Below, piece by piece: positions 19,107 to 20,814 of a stretch of 20,814 nt of DNA (position 1 is its first letter; every line of letters starts with the position of its first letter). The notes beneath the pieces are model-generated. The model saw only the letters and a program-made list of their open reading frames with translations. It did not search any database and had not been told where the DNA came from. The DNA comes from an uncultured Spirochaetota bacterium (GTDB taxonomy: Bacteria; Spirochaetota; Spirochaetia; SZUA-6; Fen-1364), in contig CAVUXE010000031.1 in the NCBI GenBank assembly GCA_963745235.1, positions 1-20,814 on the forward strand, written 5' to 3'. A program made the translations under genes and the position numbers.

Positions 19107-20319
19107 TGTGGCCTCCAACAACGGATGGACCCGCGTCGTATTCGGCGACGTGGTTAGGCAAGTCATGGACCGCGTTGACCCAGAGCGCGCAGGTCTCGAA
19201 CGGTACGTCGCAGGCGAGCACATGGACTCTGGCGACCTGCGGATCAAGCGGTGGGGGCGAATAGGCGACGGCTACTTGGGACCGGCGTTCCACATGCGAT
19301 TCAAGCCGGGACATATCCTCTATGGCTCACGTCGGACATATCTTCGCAAGATCGCTGTCGCCGATTTCGAAGGGATCACCGCAAATACGACTTTTGTCAT
19401 CGAGTCGAGAAATCCACAAGTACTCCTTCCCGATTTAGTGCCCTTCATCATGCAGACCGAATCGTTCTACGAACACTCGATCAAGCAGTCGAAAGGTTCT
19501 GTCAACCCCTACGTCAATTTTTCTGACCTTAGATGGTACGAGTTCGCTTTGCCGCCGCTAAAGGAACAGCGCAGAATTGTAAAAATGCTCTTAGCTTCGC
19601 GATCATACGGAGAGTCGCTATGGCGACTTGTTGAATCCCACGAGAGTCTCCGGCGGGTTGCGATTGCTGATCTGACTGAGAAAATGGGGAGACCCGAGAC
19701 ACAAATTGGTGATCTCTGCAGTATGCAGAATGGACGGCCTTTCCCCAGGGCAGCGTACGCCAAGAGCGGCATTCGGCTGTTGCGTCCAGGGAACTTAGAG
19801 CAGTCCGGCTACCTGGCTTGGGATCCATCGAACACAGTCTACCTTTCAGTGGAATGGGAGCAAGAGGCATCCGACTTCGTAATAAGCGAAGGTGATGTTG
19901 TAATGAATCTAACGGCCCAGTCACTCGAGGACGGTTTCATGGGGCGCGTCTGCTTGGCTCGAGCAGGCGACAAGAGCTTACTCAACCAACGGATTGGTCG
20001 ATTCTTCAATTGGAGCAGCGATGTTCTACCTGAGTACATATTTCGTGTCTTCCAATCTTCCCGCTTTCAGCTGCACGCGATAAAAATGTGCGAAGGCTCA
20101 AAAATAAAACACATCTTCTGGCCGTACATCTCGAGATTTGTACTTCGCCTGCCGAACCTTGATGAGCAGGAAGCTGTAGTGAACTCTCTCCGAGATGTCG
20201 ACGAGTTGCTTGCGCAATTGGTTGCATATGCAAAGTCACATAACAGATTGCATCAGCACTTAATCGCAGTCGCCTTGGAGCCTGACAGTGCGATGGGTTC
20301 GATGGTGGTGACAAGTTAA
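19099..20319 (+). CDS. hsdS: Type I R-M specificity subunit
   Basis: GWTRVVFGDV, two TRDs each closed by LPPLKEQRRIV / LPNLDEQEAVV helical spacers, LNQRIGR. Overlaps the hsdM2 stop and has lower GC than hsdM. Confidence 0.92.
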   Translation: MPNVASNNGWTRVVFGDVVRQVMDRVDPERAGLERYVAGEHMDSGDLRIKRWGRIGDGYLGPAFHMRFKPGHILYGSRRTYLRKIAVADFEGITANTTFVIESRNPQVLLPDLVPFIMQTESFYEHSIKQSKGSVNPYVNFSDLRWYEFALPPLKEQRRIVKMLLASRSYGESLWRLVESHESLRRVAIADLTEKMGRPETQIGDLCSMQNGRPFPRAAYAKSGIRLLRPGNLEQSGYLAWDPSNTVYLSVEWEQEASDFVISEGDVVMNLTAQSLEDGFMGRVCLARAGDKSLLNQRIGRFFNWSSDVLPEYIFRVFQSSRFQLHAIKMCEGSKIKHIFWPYISRFVLRLPNLDEQEAVVNSLRDVDELLAQLVAYAKSHNRLHQHLIAVALEPDSAMGSMVVTS

Positions 20320-20479
20320 TGAGATCTGTAGAATCAAGGACAGTTCAAATGTTCGTCCGTGACTGGCTTTGCGGCGGAATGATCAGCCCCAGTCGGGGAT
20401 CGCAAAACGAGCAAGTTTTGACGTCGGGCATGCTCGGGTTGGTTTCGTCGAGAAGACTCTTGGCTGTAGTGCGGAATCT

Positions 20480-20814
20480 ATGAAGAAAATTAGGCAGGCT
20501 ATTCCCGCTGATGTGAAAAGAAGACTAATGATCGAATGTGGACATCGCTGCGCCGTCTGTGGTGAGTCCATCGCTTTGGAGAAGGCTCACTTAGTGCCAT
20601 GGTCCAGTACTAGAGACGATACGTTCGAGAACCTTGTTGTGTTGTGTGCTGTCTGTCACACTCGATCGCACGATGATGGGTGGAACGAAAAGACTCTCGG
20701 CGAATACAAAATGCATCCGTGGGTGGCTCGGTATCGGGCAACGCCAGCTTCATCGGAGAGCCGTGAGCTCGTCAAGCTGACTCTTGGGCTGACTGAAGAC
20801 GGTTTCGAGGAAGA
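20480..20814 (+). CDS. HNH endonuclease domain protein (partial, runs off window)
   Basis: Translated by hand: MKKIRQAIPADVKRRLMIECGHRCAVCGE..LEKAHLVPWS...DDTFENLVVLCAVCHTRSH. CxxC...H...N...CxxCH Zn-HNH signature. Confidence 0.85.
   Translation, partial: MKKIRQAIPADVKRRLMIECGHRCAVCGESIALEKAHLVPWSSTRDDTFENLVVLCAVCHTRSHDDGWNEKTLGEYKMHPWVARYRATPASSESRELVKLTLGLTEDGFEE

Overview
An accessory/defence-island-like window, probably from a spirochaete (inferred from two ORFs resembling Treponema-type proteins). Many genes carry single-base frameshifts that look like long-read indel errors. The left part holds a partial PilZ-associated-type gene, a FecR/DUF6600-type secreted protein, an ankyrin-hemerythrin-hypothetical operon, two 5'-truncated gene fragments fused back to back and a DUF302 gene. 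Next comes a peptidase E/hypothetical/DinB block bounded by a 29-bp direct repeat, then a truncated tyrosine integrase. The centre is a 2.5-kb tyrosine recombinase + IS91-family (HUH Y2) element with 17-bp terminal inverted repeats. The right part holds the best candidate for an undescribed system: a five-gene minus-strand operon encoding a proteasome beta-subunit-like Ntn hydrolase, a 63-aa protein, a TIGR04255-like protein, a small putative antitoxin and a PemK/MazF-like putative toxin. It lies divergent from a two-methyltransferase (NPPF + NPPY) type I R-M locus and an HNH nuclease. All family calls come from motif recognition by eye, not from database searches.
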